A stretch of 64,000 nucleotides of DNA from an uncultured Gammaproteobacteria bacterium (GTDB lineage Bacteria > Pseudomonadota > Gammaproteobacteria > Arenicellales > CAJQKF01), in the NCBI GenBank assembly GCA_905478855.1, contig CAJQKF010000053.1, positions 1,117-65,116 of the forward strand, given 5' to 3'. The position numbers were made by a program, and so were the translations under genes. This document shows, in pieces, positions 9,859 to 19,442 of this stretch (positions are counted from its first letter, which is position 1; each line of letters opens with the position of its first letter). The notes beneath the pieces were generated by a model. That model was given only the letters and a program-made list of their open reading frames with translations. It was not told where the DNA came from and did no database searches.

Positions 9859-12576
9859 ATGACCTACAAAAACAGCGCCCAAATTTTGCTGGATGGTGAA
9901 CAGCAAGCACTCGCCTACAGTCGCTTTTTGCAGCGAAATTTCTTTGTTGATAGTGAGCTGCGCCAGTGGATTATTGATCATTGTTTATCGAGCAGTTGGC
10001 AGGCCGGTTTAATTCGCTCGGAGGTAAACGAGTGTTTGTCAGAAATTAGCAATAAACAGCAGCTTTATGTGCAGATGCGTGTTTTAAGACGTCGTTATTT
10101 ATCCCTTATAGCCTGGGCGGATTTAAGTGGTGTTTATTGTCTGGAGAGCACGATTGCTGCGGTCTCAGAGCTGGCCGACAGTCTGATTGATAATGGTTTA
10201 CAGCATCTCAAAACCGCTATGACAGAGCGTTATGGAGAACCCATTGGTGACAGTGGGCAAGTTGCTGAAATGATTGTACTGGCACTTGGAAAACTCGGTG
10301 GTAGAGAACTCAATTTTTCCTCTGATGTAGATTTGATCTTCGCATTTACTGAATCGGGAAATACCAATGGTAGAAAAGTTATCAGTAATGATGAGTTCTT
10401 TACACGTCTGGGCCGGGAGCTGATTCGCTATCTTGATGAGGCCTCTGCGGATGGGTTTGTTTTCCGCACGGATATGCGATTACGACCGAATGGCGCATCC
10501 GGCCCTCTAGCACTCTCTTTTGATGCCATGGAATATTACTACCAAACCCATGGCAGGGATTGGGAGCGTTATGCACTCATTAAGATGCGACCTATTTCGG
10601 GGAGTGAACAACAATCAACGTATTTAATGCAAATGTTGCGACCGTTTGTATATCGCAAGTATCTTGATTTTGGCGCATTTGAATCGATTCGCGAGATGAA
10701 GAATTTAATCGATCGGGAACTGTTGCGTAAAGGACGGGCGCGCGATATCAAACTTGGACGGGGTGGTATCCGGGAAATAGAGTTTGTCGTTCAATGTCAT
10801 CAGTTAATCAGAGGTGGTCGCGAGACTCAATTACAAACCACTAGTTTATATAAAGCACTGGACGTTCTGGTGGAGCTTGGTGTCATTTCAAATGATAAGC
10901 GATTGTTATTGCTCGATGCCTATCGATTTCTGCGCAATACGGAACATCGCTTACAGATTCGTGATGATTTACAAACCCAGACACTTCCCCAGGATCTGTT
11001 GCAGCTTGAGGAACTTGCAGTATCTATGGGTTTTACATCAATTGAATCATTCGAACAGATTCGGGAACAACATCAAGAGCTTATTCATCGAGAGTTTTCG
11101 TTACTATTTGAAGCGGATGATAGCGAGCATAACGATTCTATTGAGGTGCTTGAATCCCAAGGCTTTACGGATGGCGAGCGCTGTCTAGATATTATTCATG
11201 GCGTGCGTAGTGGCCGGTTTTACAGTAGTTTTTCACGTAATAGTCGAGAACGACTGGATCGGCTTTTCCCACTTGCATTGGCTCTCATTGTTGCAACAGA
11301 CCATCCAGATAAGGCATTAGTTCGTTTTGTGCGGGTGATGGAAGGTATCGGTCGACGCTCGGCGTATTTTGTATTGCTTGTGGAAAATCGCTTGGCCTTG
11401 TCCCAACTGGTAGAGCTAATAAGCACCAGTGAATGGATAGCTTTATGGGTAAGTCAGCATCCGGTTATTCTGGATGAATTGCTCAATCCACTCTCGGATG
11501 CAAAACACATTGGTCTTGAGTCTTTAAAGCATGAACTGGGTCGTCGATTAGAGAGTATAAAAGGTGATCTTGAAGCCGAGATGGATATCATGCGCGAGTT
11601 TAAGAATGGTTATTTTCTGCGCTTAGCAGCGATGGCAACTGCTGGCCTGATTGAAGATATGGAAGTACGCCGTTGTCTAACCGATCTGGCTGAAACGGTT
11701 CTGTATCATAGTGTGATTATCGCTGAGGAATCCATGAATCCACGTTATAAAGCTGAAGTGGCAGATTATCGTGATCAGCTTTTTTTCGGCATTGTGGCCT
11801 ATGGAAAATTGGGTAGTGCAGAACTCTCTTATCACTCAGACCTAGATATTGTTTATTTATACGATGGTGGGAGTTCTGGCCTATCTACAGATGTGCTATC
11901 GCATTTTTTCAGCCGACTTTCCCAGCGATTACAACATGTACTGAATACTACCACCCGCGCGGGTATTCTCTATGAGACCGATATTCGGCTGAGGCCAAGC
12001 GGCAGATCGGGTGCAATGGTTTCGTCGATTAAAGCATTTGAGGATTATCAAACCGAGCATGCATGGACTTTTGAGCATCAAGCTCTTGTTCGTGCACGCT
12101 TAATATGTGAATCGTCTGAATTTACGGATCTTTTTGAAAGTGCGCGACAACAGATTTTATGTGGTGAGCGGGAAATACAGTCTCTGGCTGCAGAGATTGA
12201 TGATATGCGGAAGAAGATGGCAGCAGCTAATGATCGCAGCAATGACACTCAATTTGATTTGAAGCTTGGGTCGGGGGGAATGGTAGATATTGAATTTATC
12301 TCTCAATATCTTGTTCTACGGCATGGAAATGATATTCCTGAGTTATTGCGCGATCGATCTACCGTGGAGTTGCTGAAGCAATGTGCCGCGAATGGCTTAA
12401 TTGAAGAAGCGGAATCCGATGCTCTGAGTAGTGCCTTTCGCGCTTTTTTAAGCGCGGAATCAAAATTAAAGCTGCAGGATAAAGAGGCTTTGATCGATCA
12501 AGGTTTATTAACTGAGGCTCGCTCCGAGGTGCGCAGTACCTACGACAGAATTTTTACATCTGCTAATCATGATTGA
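9859..12576 (+). CDS. glnE: bifunctional glutamine synthetase adenylyltransferase/adenylyl-removing enzyme
   Basis: GKLGGRELNFSSDVDLIF..DGFVFRTDMRLRP appears, with a second copy GKLGSAELSYHSDLDIVYLY..ETDIRLRP. This two-nucleotidyltransferase architecture matches E. coli GlnE. The track ORF starts at TTG 9805; ATG 9859 (MTYKNS) is the more likely start. Confidence 0.9.
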   Translation: MTYKNSAQILLDGEQQALAYSRFLQRNFFVDSELRQWIIDHCLSSSWQAGLIRSEVNECLSEISNKQQLYVQMRVLRRRYLSLIAWADLSGVYCLESTIAAVSELADSLIDNGLQHLKTAMTERYGEPIGDSGQVAEMIVLALGKLGGRELNFSSDVDLIFAFTESGNTNGRKVISNDEFFTRLGRELIRYLDEASADGFVFRTDMRLRPNGASGPLALSFDAMEYYYQTHGRDWERYALIKMRPISGSEQQSTYLMQMLRPFVYRKYLDFGAFESIREMKNLIDRELLRKGRARDIKLGRGGIREIEFVVQCHQLIRGGRETQLQTTSLYKALDVLVELGVISNDKRLLLLDAYRFLRNTEHRLQIRDDLQTQTLPQDLLQLEELAVSMGFTSIESFEQIREQHQELIHREFSLLFEADDSEHNDSIEVLESQGFTDGERCLDIIHGVRSGRFYSSFSRNSRERLDRLFPLALALIVATDHPDKALVRFVRVMEGIGRRSAYFVLLVENRLALSQLVELISTSEWIALWVSQHPVILDELLNPLSDAKHIGLESLKHELGRRLESIKGDLEAEMDIMREFKNGYFLRLAAMATAGLIEDMEVRRCLTDLAETVLYHSVIIAEESMNPRYKAEVADYRDQLFFGIVAYGKLGSAELSYHSDLDIVYLYDGGSSGLSTDVLSHFFSRLSQRLQHVLNTTTRAGILYETDIRLRPSGRSGAMVSSIKAFEDYQTEHAWTFEHQALVRARLICESSEFTDLFESARQQILCGEREIQSLAAEIDDMRKKMAAANDRSNDTQFDLKLGSGGMVDIEFISQYLVLRHGNDIPELLRDRSTVELLKQCAANGLIEEAESDALSSAFRAFLSAESKLKLQDKEALIDQGLLTEARSEVRSTYDRIFTSANHD

Positions 12577-12596
12577 TTGCTGAAAACCAACCATCC

Positions 12597-13088
12597 TCAT
12601 TTTCTTTTTATCTTGATAATACGCCCGCAGTTTTCCGGTTGGGGTAAATCACGATGATCAGAAAACAGTTTGCTAAGGTGGGTGCAGATGTTTATTGGGT
12701 AATTGGACGACGATCGACTGCTCATGTTGATATGCATCATGAGCATTTCTGTGGTGGCCGATAAATATTTTTCCGTTGCGTGGTGCATCTCCAGATATAC
12801 ATGCATGCGTTTCTGATCAAAGTCGAGCAGGCGGGCATTTATTTGTAAAGGGTCGCCTAGCTTTACTTCATCTATATAGTTTATGTGGGCCTCTAGGGTA
12901 AATGATGAGCAATTGGATTGTTTAAAATAGCTCTCATCTAATTCGATGATTTGAAACATTTTGTCCAGACCAAGATCAAACGCGGCGACATAGTAGGCCA
13001 CATTCATATGCCCGTTATAGTCGATCCATTCAGGTCTTACCGTTATGACACCTAAATCGAGTGGTGCAACATTGCCAAATTTAGACAT
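12597..13088 (-). CDS. hotdog-fold acyl-CoA thioesterase (4HBT/YbgC-like)
   Basis: 163 aa. RPEWIDYNGHMNVAYY is a typical thioesterase-superfamily N-terminus. Confidence 0.65.
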   Translation of the reverse strand: MSKFGNVAPLDLGVITVRPEWIDYNGHMNVAYYVAAFDLGLDKMFQIIELDESYFKQSNCSSFTLEAHINYIDEVKLGDPLQINARLLDFDQKRMHVYLEMHHATEKYLSATTEMLMMHINMSSRSSSNYPINICTHLSKLFSDHRDLPQPENCGRIIKIKRK

Positions 13089-13112
13089 TTTAAAATTTAT
13101 ATGACATGGTTA

Positions 13113-13955
13113 TTAGTATCCCCAGTTTTCCAGAACTGCCGATAATGATTTTAATCGTTTGAGATCCGGTTTGATAATTTGTCCCGGCGCTCCGGTTAGC
13201 GGAACTATAAAAGACTGCAATAAACTATTGGCTTCTTTGGAGAAGACAATTTGCTCAAGTCTGTTTTTTAATGGTGACGGCAGTGAACTCGTAATACCGA
13301 TACCGTAGGTTGGCATAGTACGACTTTGAAAAACAATTCTTAGCGATTTATTTGCGGCTGAAACTTTCAGGTAAGTTTCGATATTAATAACTGCCGCAGA
13401 GCAATTTCCCATTGCTAATTGCCGCAGTTTACGTTCGTCAGTTGGCAGTGGAAGAATAAGCGGTTCACGATTAGGATTGTCGATACTAAATAATAGATGT
13501 AACGTAAATAGAGCGGGTATTTGTTCGCTACAAATGGATTTACCGGATAGGTCACTTAGTTGATAGATAGATTCATCGATGCCACTCACAACAACTACAA
13601 ATGCAGCAATGTCATCGAACATTGCGAGGGGTGTCACGTTTTTATCTTTAGCCAGAGCGCCAAGCGTATGAGCAGCCGAAATAATAATACCCGTATTAGT
13701 CAGGGGCTCACGTAGAAGACTTAGTTCATTGCCAACATCAATTTGAAACTTTTCGCCGGTATAGGTTTCTAAAAAAGCCTGCAAGGCTTTATGAGATCGT
13801 TGCAGTGGCGGAGTATCCAGCTTATCCGGTATGCGAATGGTAAATACATCCCCATGGGCAGATGCAGCGATAAATATGAAAATTATTATCCCAAGGCAGG
13901 TACTTCTAATTCCCAACTTAGCTGTCCTGTTTGACGGACTTGACCGGATAAGCAT
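13113..13955 (-). CDS. exported PhnD-like periplasmic binding-fold protein (function unknown)
   Basis: 280 aa with a signal peptide (LGIIIFIFIAASAHG). The resemblance to PhnD-type binding proteins is weak and from memory. An alternative TTG start at 13916 lies 1 nt after the upstream stop (TAAGTTG). Confidence 0.4.
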   Translation of the reverse strand: MLIRSSPSNRTAKLGIRSTCLGIIIFIFIAASAHGDVFTIRIPDKLDTPPLQRSHKALQAFLETYTGEKFQIDVGNELSLLREPLTNTGIIISAAHTLGALAKDKNVTPLAMFDDIAAFVVVVSGIDESIYQLSDLSGKSICSEQIPALFTLHLLFSIDNPNREPLILPLPTDERKLRQLAMGNCSAAVINIETYLKVSAANKSLRIVFQSRTMPTYGIGITSSLPSPLKNRLEQIVFSKEANSLLQSFIVPLTGAPGQIIKPDLKRLKSLSAVLENWGY

Positions 13956-14397
13956 TCACTGCATCTTCAATACGTTGATTCAGGTACCACATATAAAAAT
14001 CCATTAGGCGTACACCAACCAGCGGTTCAACCAGATCATTGCCATGAGAATCATAGAAACTGACCGTTGGTACCAGTTTTACGTTTCGCTCGGCACCATA
14101 TTTTGCATGATTGGTGGGCGTGCCGGAAAAGTCCGTAAGGGTCATATCACCATCTATTACAACTTCACGCAAAATTATTCGAGACTGGTATTCCGGATTA
14201 CTAGCGATATGATTGAAAAACTCGGTCTTAACTGCTTCGCAATAAATACAGTAACTCGCTGTATAGAGCACGACAAGGGGCCTGGATTCCGCTGCGCTGT
14301 CTATGCTATCTGCATACAGGTCGGTGGCGAACTGCACAGGATTTGCATACGAGCCAAGGGATAATAATAGTAATAAAACACCGATAAATATTTTCAT
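13918..14397 (-). CDS. exported thioredoxin-fold protein with CxxC
   Basis: Signal peptide MKIFIGVLLLLLSLGSYA (start moved to ATG 14397). It has a CIYC redox motif in ..VVLYTASYCIYCEAVK.. and a later ..KLVPTVSFYD.. (cis-Pro region). Confidence 0.6.
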   Translation of the reverse strand: MKIFIGVLLLLLSLGSYANPVQFATDLYADSIDSAAESRPLVVLYTASYCIYCEAVKTEFFNHIASNPEYQSRIILREVVIDGDMTLTDFSGTPTNHAKYGAERNVKLVPTVSFYDSHGNDLVEPLVGVRLMDFYMWYLNQRIEDAVNAYPVKSVKQDS

Positions 14398-14466
14398 ATA
14401 AGAATCATACTGCTGATTGGGTCTCAATGACAATTAAATGGTATTTGGCAAACATTTACTATTCAC

Positions 14467-15300
14467 TTAGGTTGATCGTAATATGGCGCGTTTAAGCAGT
14501 TCGCTGGTGCCGGGATAACGGTGCGGTTCAATACAATACTTACTAACATCGTGTCGCCAGTCTGTACCGCTTTCACAATGTTCTCTGAACGAGTCGTACT
14601 GATTGACTCGTGTTCCGCCTAATACAGATATACCCCGATCAAATAATGCATCGGGTATGCAGCTAGCGGAAGGACCGATAATTGCCACACGTTCAGCATT
14701 TGAGACGGCATCCAAAATTTCGTCAACGGTATTGTTAATCAATGTTGATGCGGTGCATAAAACCTTATTACATGATTCCAATGCGGATGGGTCCATGGAC
14801 ACAATAAACCGGTCGGCTTGCTGCACAAATTGCTTATCCAGTTCGAGTACGGTGAGTCGTGTACCCTGACTTCGGAGTTGATCTACGAGTCTCGGGAAGT
14901 AACCTACCATCCCAACATGATCGTCTCTGGTGAAATTGAAATCAGCCATCGGATTGGTTGCTGTGTCTGGTATATAGTTGGCACGGTCGTATAAATGACG
15001 TGTAATTGCGCCTATAGCCCCTAGGCCAATGGCTCTTTTATCTATATCGGTTTGTAAAAACCACGCAGCCAGCTCGATTACGTTTCGCGGGTAATCGGGT
15101 ATCGAACCCATCTCAGGTAAGGTTAATAAATTGAAAAAGAAACCGGTGCTATTATCGTCCAGTATGACCAGACCGAATTTTCTGGTTTTACAGGCTTGCT
15201 CATTCGGCAGTGGTAAGTAAATATCCTTTACTTTGGGTAGCTGAATCTGCTCGGCGATAGTTTCGCAGGTTTTATAGAGTTGCTCGGAGAGAGACATCAT
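14467..15300 (-). CDS. DUF4213/DUF364-like Rossmann-type protein (putative chelatase-like, function unknown)
   Basis: 277 aa. The C-terminal half, VAIIGPSASCIPDALFDRGISVLGGTRV, resembles the DUF364 family. This assignment is from memory only. Confidence 0.4.
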   Translation of the reverse strand: MMSLSEQLYKTCETIAEQIQLPKVKDIYLPLPNEQACKTRKFGLVILDDNSTGFFFNLLTLPEMGSIPDYPRNVIELAAWFLQTDIDKRAIGLGAIGAITRHLYDRANYIPDTATNPMADFNFTRDDHVGMVGYFPRLVDQLRSQGTRLTVLELDKQFVQQADRFIVSMDPSALESCNKVLCTASTLINNTVDEILDAVSNAERVAIIGPSASCIPDALFDRGISVLGGTRVNQYDSFREHCESGTDWRHDVSKYCIEPHRYPGTSELLKRAILRST

Positions 15301-15454
15301 AACGGTGGCTTAACGAATGTTGTTCGAAGTTTTATTAGGAAGCATTGGTATGGCTCTAGTATAAACAGGAAAGCCTCCGCTTGCTTCTGCTATAAACCAT
15401 TTGATTGAAGGTGGTAACATTGAAATTCTTAATTAACGTTACGGGAATTTCGGA

Positions 15455-15688
15455 ATGACAATTTTAATCGTTGGGTCGCTAATTTTGATCGGTATCCACT
15501 CAATACCGTGGTCCATTGAGGGTCGAGCCGGACTGCAACAAAAATTATCGGCAAATAGTAGAGGAGCCAAAACTTCTGATGCAGCTCTGCCGTTAAAATC
15601 GGATCTCATTGTGGTTGCGGCCGGCACAACGGTGTTTATAGTGATTGCAGGCGCACACGCACACTTATTTGGCTACCCGGTATTTTAA
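15455..15688 (+). CDS. small two-helix membrane protein (hypothetical)
   Basis: 77 aa with two hydrophobic segments. It ends 2 nt before the methyltransferase start, so coupling suggests it is real. Confidence 0.3.
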   Translation: MTILIVGSLILIGIHSIPWSIEGRAGLQQKLSANSRGAKTSDAALPLKSDLIVVAAGTTVFIVIAGAHAHLFGYPVF

Positions 15689-15690
15689 AT

Positions 15691-16470
15691 ATGAGTAAGC
15701 AACACCATGGGTATGATGAAGCATTTATGCTGGGTCTTGAGTGGATGTGGGGTGAAGGTTATTTATCACCAGGTGGGCCGGCTGAAGTAGCTAAGATTGT
15801 AGATGATGTGTCGCTCCGTGGATGTCATGTTCTGGATATCGGCTGCGGCACGGGTGGTGCCGATATTGAACTGGTAAATACGCATTTGGCCGAACGAGTT
15901 ACTGGTATTGATGTTGAAGCACTGTTACTCGAACGTGGTCGTAAACTGGTAGAACAGAAAGGTCTTTCGGATCGAATTGACTTGCAGCTGGTAACGCCAG
16001 GTGTTCTGCCGTTTGATGATGATAGTTTTGACGTAGTATTTAGTAAGGATTCCATGATTCATATTCCGGATAAGCAGTTTATCTATACGGAAATTTATCG
16101 TGTTTTAAAACCGGGTGGATGGGTAATGGTCTCCGATTGGCTGGGGGTGTCATCCCCTCCGTCTGATGTAATGGCAAAGTGGCTCGGTTTGGTTGGGCTG
16201 GATTTTATACTAGAGACCATCGAGCATACATCTGAGGTGGTTACCAAATGCGGATTTGAGCTTCGCGATGCGGTGGATAGAAATCAGTGGTATACCGAGG
16301 AAATGCTGAAGGAGTTGGATTCTATTGGTGGTAAAAATTTTGCGGCTTTGGTTCGGGCAATTGGTCAGGACGCGGCGAAGCAACGGTTGTCCAGCTCAAC
16401 TGCAAAGTTTGAAGTAGTAAAAGGTGGTGAGCTAAGACCTAGTCATATTCGAGCGCACAAACCGGGTTAA
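15691..16470 (+). CDS. class I SAM-dependent methyltransferase, phosphoethanolamine N-methyltransferase (PMT/PEAMT)-like
   Basis: 259 aa with WGEGYLSPGG, VLDIGCGTGG (motif I), FDVVFSKDSMIHI and LKPGGWVMVSDW. The order and spacing match my recollection of Plasmodium/plant PMT domains. Confidence 0.7.
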   Translation: MSKQHHGYDEAFMLGLEWMWGEGYLSPGGPAEVAKIVDDVSLRGCHVLDIGCGTGGADIELVNTHLAERVTGIDVEALLLERGRKLVEQKGLSDRIDLQLVTPGVLPFDDDSFDVVFSKDSMIHIPDKQFIYTEIYRVLKPGGWVMVSDWLGVSSPPSDVMAKWLGLVGLDFILETIEHTSEVVTKCGFELRDAVDRNQWYTEEMLKELDSIGGKNFAALVRAIGQDAAKQRLSSSTAKFEVVKGGELRPSHIRAHKPG

Positions 16471-16487
16471 CCCAGTGTTGGTGCTGC

Positions 16488-17234
16488 TTAGGGCGCCGAC
16501 TGGTTAACAATGGTTAGATATTTTTTCAGAGTAGCCTCAAATCCGTGGTCAAACGACTCGACAATTATGGCGTGACCAATTGAAACCTCTTTAACACTTG
16601 GTACTATATTGAGAAAGGTGCCTAGATTTTGCAGGTTTAAGTCGTGCCCGGCATTTACACCAATTTTGCATTGATGCGCACATTCTGCGGCCAGACGGTA
16701 TTGCTCGAGTGTGTCATTCGACTTTTCGCTGCCATAGTGTCGGGCATAGGCTTCGGTGTATAACTCGATTCGATCGGCGCCGGTTGCCGCTACACGTGTA
16801 ATTTGTTCCGGATCCGGATCCATGAACAGACATACGCGGATGTTTTCGGCTTTCAGGATGGCAATTTTTTCGCACAGTGATTCAGTATCACCCTGTAAGT
16901 TCCAGCCGTGGTCGGAAGTCAGTTGATTAGGATCGTCTGGAACAAGGGTGCATTGTTCCGGTTTTGCTGCTAGGACGAGTTCCATGAAATCGTCCTCAGG
17001 ATTGCCTTCAATATTAAATTCGATGTCGGTATGAGCGGCGCACAGCGAGGATAAAACCGGCACGTCGTCGTAGCGGATATGTCGCTGATCTGGGCGTGGG
17101 TGCACGGTTATGCCGTGAGCCCCAACTGCTAGGGCACGACGCCCCATGCTTTCGACGTTTGGATAATCTGTGCCCCGAGCGTTGCGCAACAGAGCAAATT
17201 TATTAAGGTTTATGCTGAGTTTTGTCATATCCAA
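16488..17234 (-). CDS. pdxJ: pyridoxine 5'-phosphate synthase
   Basis: 248 aa. It has LRNARGTDYPNV..GAHGITVHPRPDQRHI.. and ..EVSIGHAII. Confidence 0.9.
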   Translation of the reverse strand: MDMTKLSINLNKFALLRNARGTDYPNVESMGRRALAVGAHGITVHPRPDQRHIRYDDVPVLSSLCAAHTDIEFNIEGNPEDDFMELVLAAKPEQCTLVPDDPNQLTSDHGWNLQGDTESLCEKIAILKAENIRVCLFMDPDPEQITRVAATGADRIELYTEAYARHYGSEKSNDTLEQYRLAAECAHQCKIGVNAGHDLNLQNLGTFLNIVPSVKEVSIGHAIIVESFDHGFEATLKKYLTIVNQSAP

Positions 17235-17359
17235 ACTATACCATTCAAAATATGCAATTGGCGGCGTTAATTATGTATTTTACTGACAAAAGTTGTCGGC
17301 TGATTTGCCTAAGCTGGTAGACTCCATGTTTCCGAGATACTTTTAGTTTCAAAATTTTC

Positions 17360-18739
17360 ATGCAATATGTCAGTACACGTGGCCATAGTGCCCGTAAGAG
17401 TTTTAGTGTCATATTAACGGCTGCCCTTGCTCAAGATGGTGGTCTTTATATGCCAGACCACATCGATTCATTCACCCACGAAGAAATTACAGCACTTAAG
17501 GATGCCAGTTACGCCCAATTGGCAACGCGTATATTGAGCTATTTTGCCGGTGATTCTATTGCTTGTTCTGACGTTGAGCAGGCGATTGAAAAAGGATTGA
17601 AACGTTTTACCAGTCCGCAAATTGCGCCGTTAACCAAGCTTGGTGGAAATCGTTGGTTGCTAGAGCTTTATCATGGCCCAACACTCGCGTTTAAAGACTA
17701 TGCTTTGCAGATAGTCGCTGAGCTAATAAATGATCAGTTAAATCGCACGGATCAACGAGCAATGGTGCTGTGTGCCACCTCCGGTGATACGGGGGCGGCT
17801 GCAGCAGCGGCATTTGCCGGCCGCAATAGAGTAAAAGTAGTCGTGTTGCATCCGGAAGGACGTGTATCTGATGTACAACGTCGCCAAATGACAACGTTGC
17901 CCAACGATAATATTTTGAATGTGGCTATTCGAGGGGATTTTGATGATTGTCAGGCCCTGGTTAAGGCTATGTTTCAAGATTCTATTGCTGATGACTTAAA
18001 ACTTACTGCGGTCAATTCGATTAACTGGGCCAGAATCGTCTCCCAAGTTGTTTATTATGCATGGGCATCCTTACAACTGGCAGATAAGGGGAATCCTCAT
18101 TTCGTTGTGCCGACTGGAAATTTTGGCAATATATTAGCCGCTCAAGTGGCGCGTAAGCTGGGCTTCCCCATTGGCCAGCTCACATTATCGTCTAATGAAA
18201 ATGATGTGTTACCGCGTTTTTTCGAAAGCGGGCATATGCAACGACGAGAAACCCTGCCGTCACTTTCTCCGAGTATGGATATTCAGGTATCGAGCAATTT
18301 TGAACGTGCATTATGGTGGGCAATGGATTGCGATTCTGATGCATTACGGGCTTCTCAGCAGGCGTTAGCCGAAACCGGTGAATACGCCGTTCCTGAAGAT
18401 ATAATGACCAGCCTTCGCGAACATTTTAATGCGGTGCGCTGCACTAAAGTTGACGCGGTAAAGGAAATCCAGCGTGTTCACAAAGAGAATAATCTGGCGA
18501 TTTGCCCGCACACGGCGACCGCCAGTTTTGCCTCACGTTCGATAGACGATAGCAACAATCCAGTGGTGGTCGTAGCGACTGCACATCCGGCTAAATTTCC
18601 GGTTGGTGTGGAACAGGCACTGGGCGCAGTTGAACCATTGCCAGATGATATTGAACGGGCGTTATCCGGTGAAGAACGTTTTATAACCCTAGATGCAGAT
18701 TTGGATCAGTTGCGTCAGAAACTGATTGATTTTTCCTAA
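17360..18739 (+). CDS. thrC: threonine synthase
   Basis: 459 aa. It has MQYVSTRG, ..GPTLAFKDYALQ (PLP lysine) and ..ATSGDTGAAA. Confidence 0.9.
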   Translation: MQYVSTRGHSARKSFSVILTAALAQDGGLYMPDHIDSFTHEEITALKDASYAQLATRILSYFAGDSIACSDVEQAIEKGLKRFTSPQIAPLTKLGGNRWLLELYHGPTLAFKDYALQIVAELINDQLNRTDQRAMVLCATSGDTGAAAAAAFAGRNRVKVVVLHPEGRVSDVQRRQMTTLPNDNILNVAIRGDFDDCQALVKAMFQDSIADDLKLTAVNSINWARIVSQVVYYAWASLQLADKGNPHFVVPTGNFGNILAAQVARKLGFPIGQLTLSSNENDVLPRFFESGHMQRRETLPSLSPSMDIQVSSNFERALWWAMDCDSDALRASQQALAETGEYAVPEDIMTSLREHFNAVRCTKVDAVKEIQRVHKENNLAICPHTATASFASRSIDDSNNPVVVVATAHPAKFPVGVEQALGAVEPLPDDIERALSGEERFITLDADLDQLRQKLIDFS

Positions 18740-18827
18740 ATTATTTTTATAACTTTGTCGACTAACTGCACGACACTAAGCATCGTTGCAAAGATAGTAG
18801 ACTTAACTTTTCAGAGATATTTTTAAT

Positions 18828-19352
18828 ATGAATTCCGCTTTTTACATGCTGGTCGCCGCTATGGCGATTATTGTTACCGCCTCTAATATTTTGGTGGAAC
18901 AACCCATAAACGACTGGCTTACCTGGGGTGCATTAACCTATCCGGTGGCGTTTCTAATAACCGATCTTGCTAATCGAACCCAAGGTGCGGCGGTTGCTCG
19001 CAAGGTTGTTATCGTAGGCTTCGTAGCAGCGGTAGTCATGTCTTTATTATTGGCAAACCCGCGTATTGCATTGGCATCGGGAACGGCCTTTTTGGTTGCC
19101 CAGTTATTTGATGTTTATGTATTTGATCGTCTGCGTAATCAAAGCTGGTGGATGCCACCTTTGGTTTCTTCAACCTTGGGCTCAATCGTAGACACGGCAC
19201 TATTTTTCTCAATCGCTTTCGTGGCAACCGGTTTGCCGTGGGTAACCTGGGCGATTGGTGATTTTGGTGTGAAAATGGCACTGGCGTTGATCATGCTGAT
19301 TCCTTTTCGGGTTGCGTTTGTTCGATGGCAGAATACTCAGCAAGCGATTTAA
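18828..19352 (+). CDS. VUT/YhhQ-family membrane protein (queuosine-precursor transporter-like)
   Basis: 174 aa, polytopic. LTYPVAFLITDLANRTQG and FVAQLFDVYVFDRLR resemble the DUF165/YhhQ family. Confidence 0.55.
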   Translation: MNSAFYMLVAAMAIIVTASNILVEQPINDWLTWGALTYPVAFLITDLANRTQGAAVARKVVIVGFVAAVVMSLLLANPRIALASGTAFLVAQLFDVYVFDRLRNQSWWMPPLVSSTLGSIVDTALFFSIAFVATGLPWVTWAIGDFGVKMALALIMLIPFRVAFVRWQNTQQAI

Positions 19353-19442
19353 TTAGAGAAATGTAAAACCCGGTTGCAAAATGCCCATGTTGACGTTGAT
19401 AATCATGGTTTTTTTTACAATATTTTTTAATCGGGTTTTAAA

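Noticed and set aside
18740-18827. Possible preQ1 riboswitch upstream of the YhhQ-like transporter.
   Set aside because: No preQ1-I-like stem followed by an A-rich tail is visible. It needs an Infernal scan to exclude it fully.
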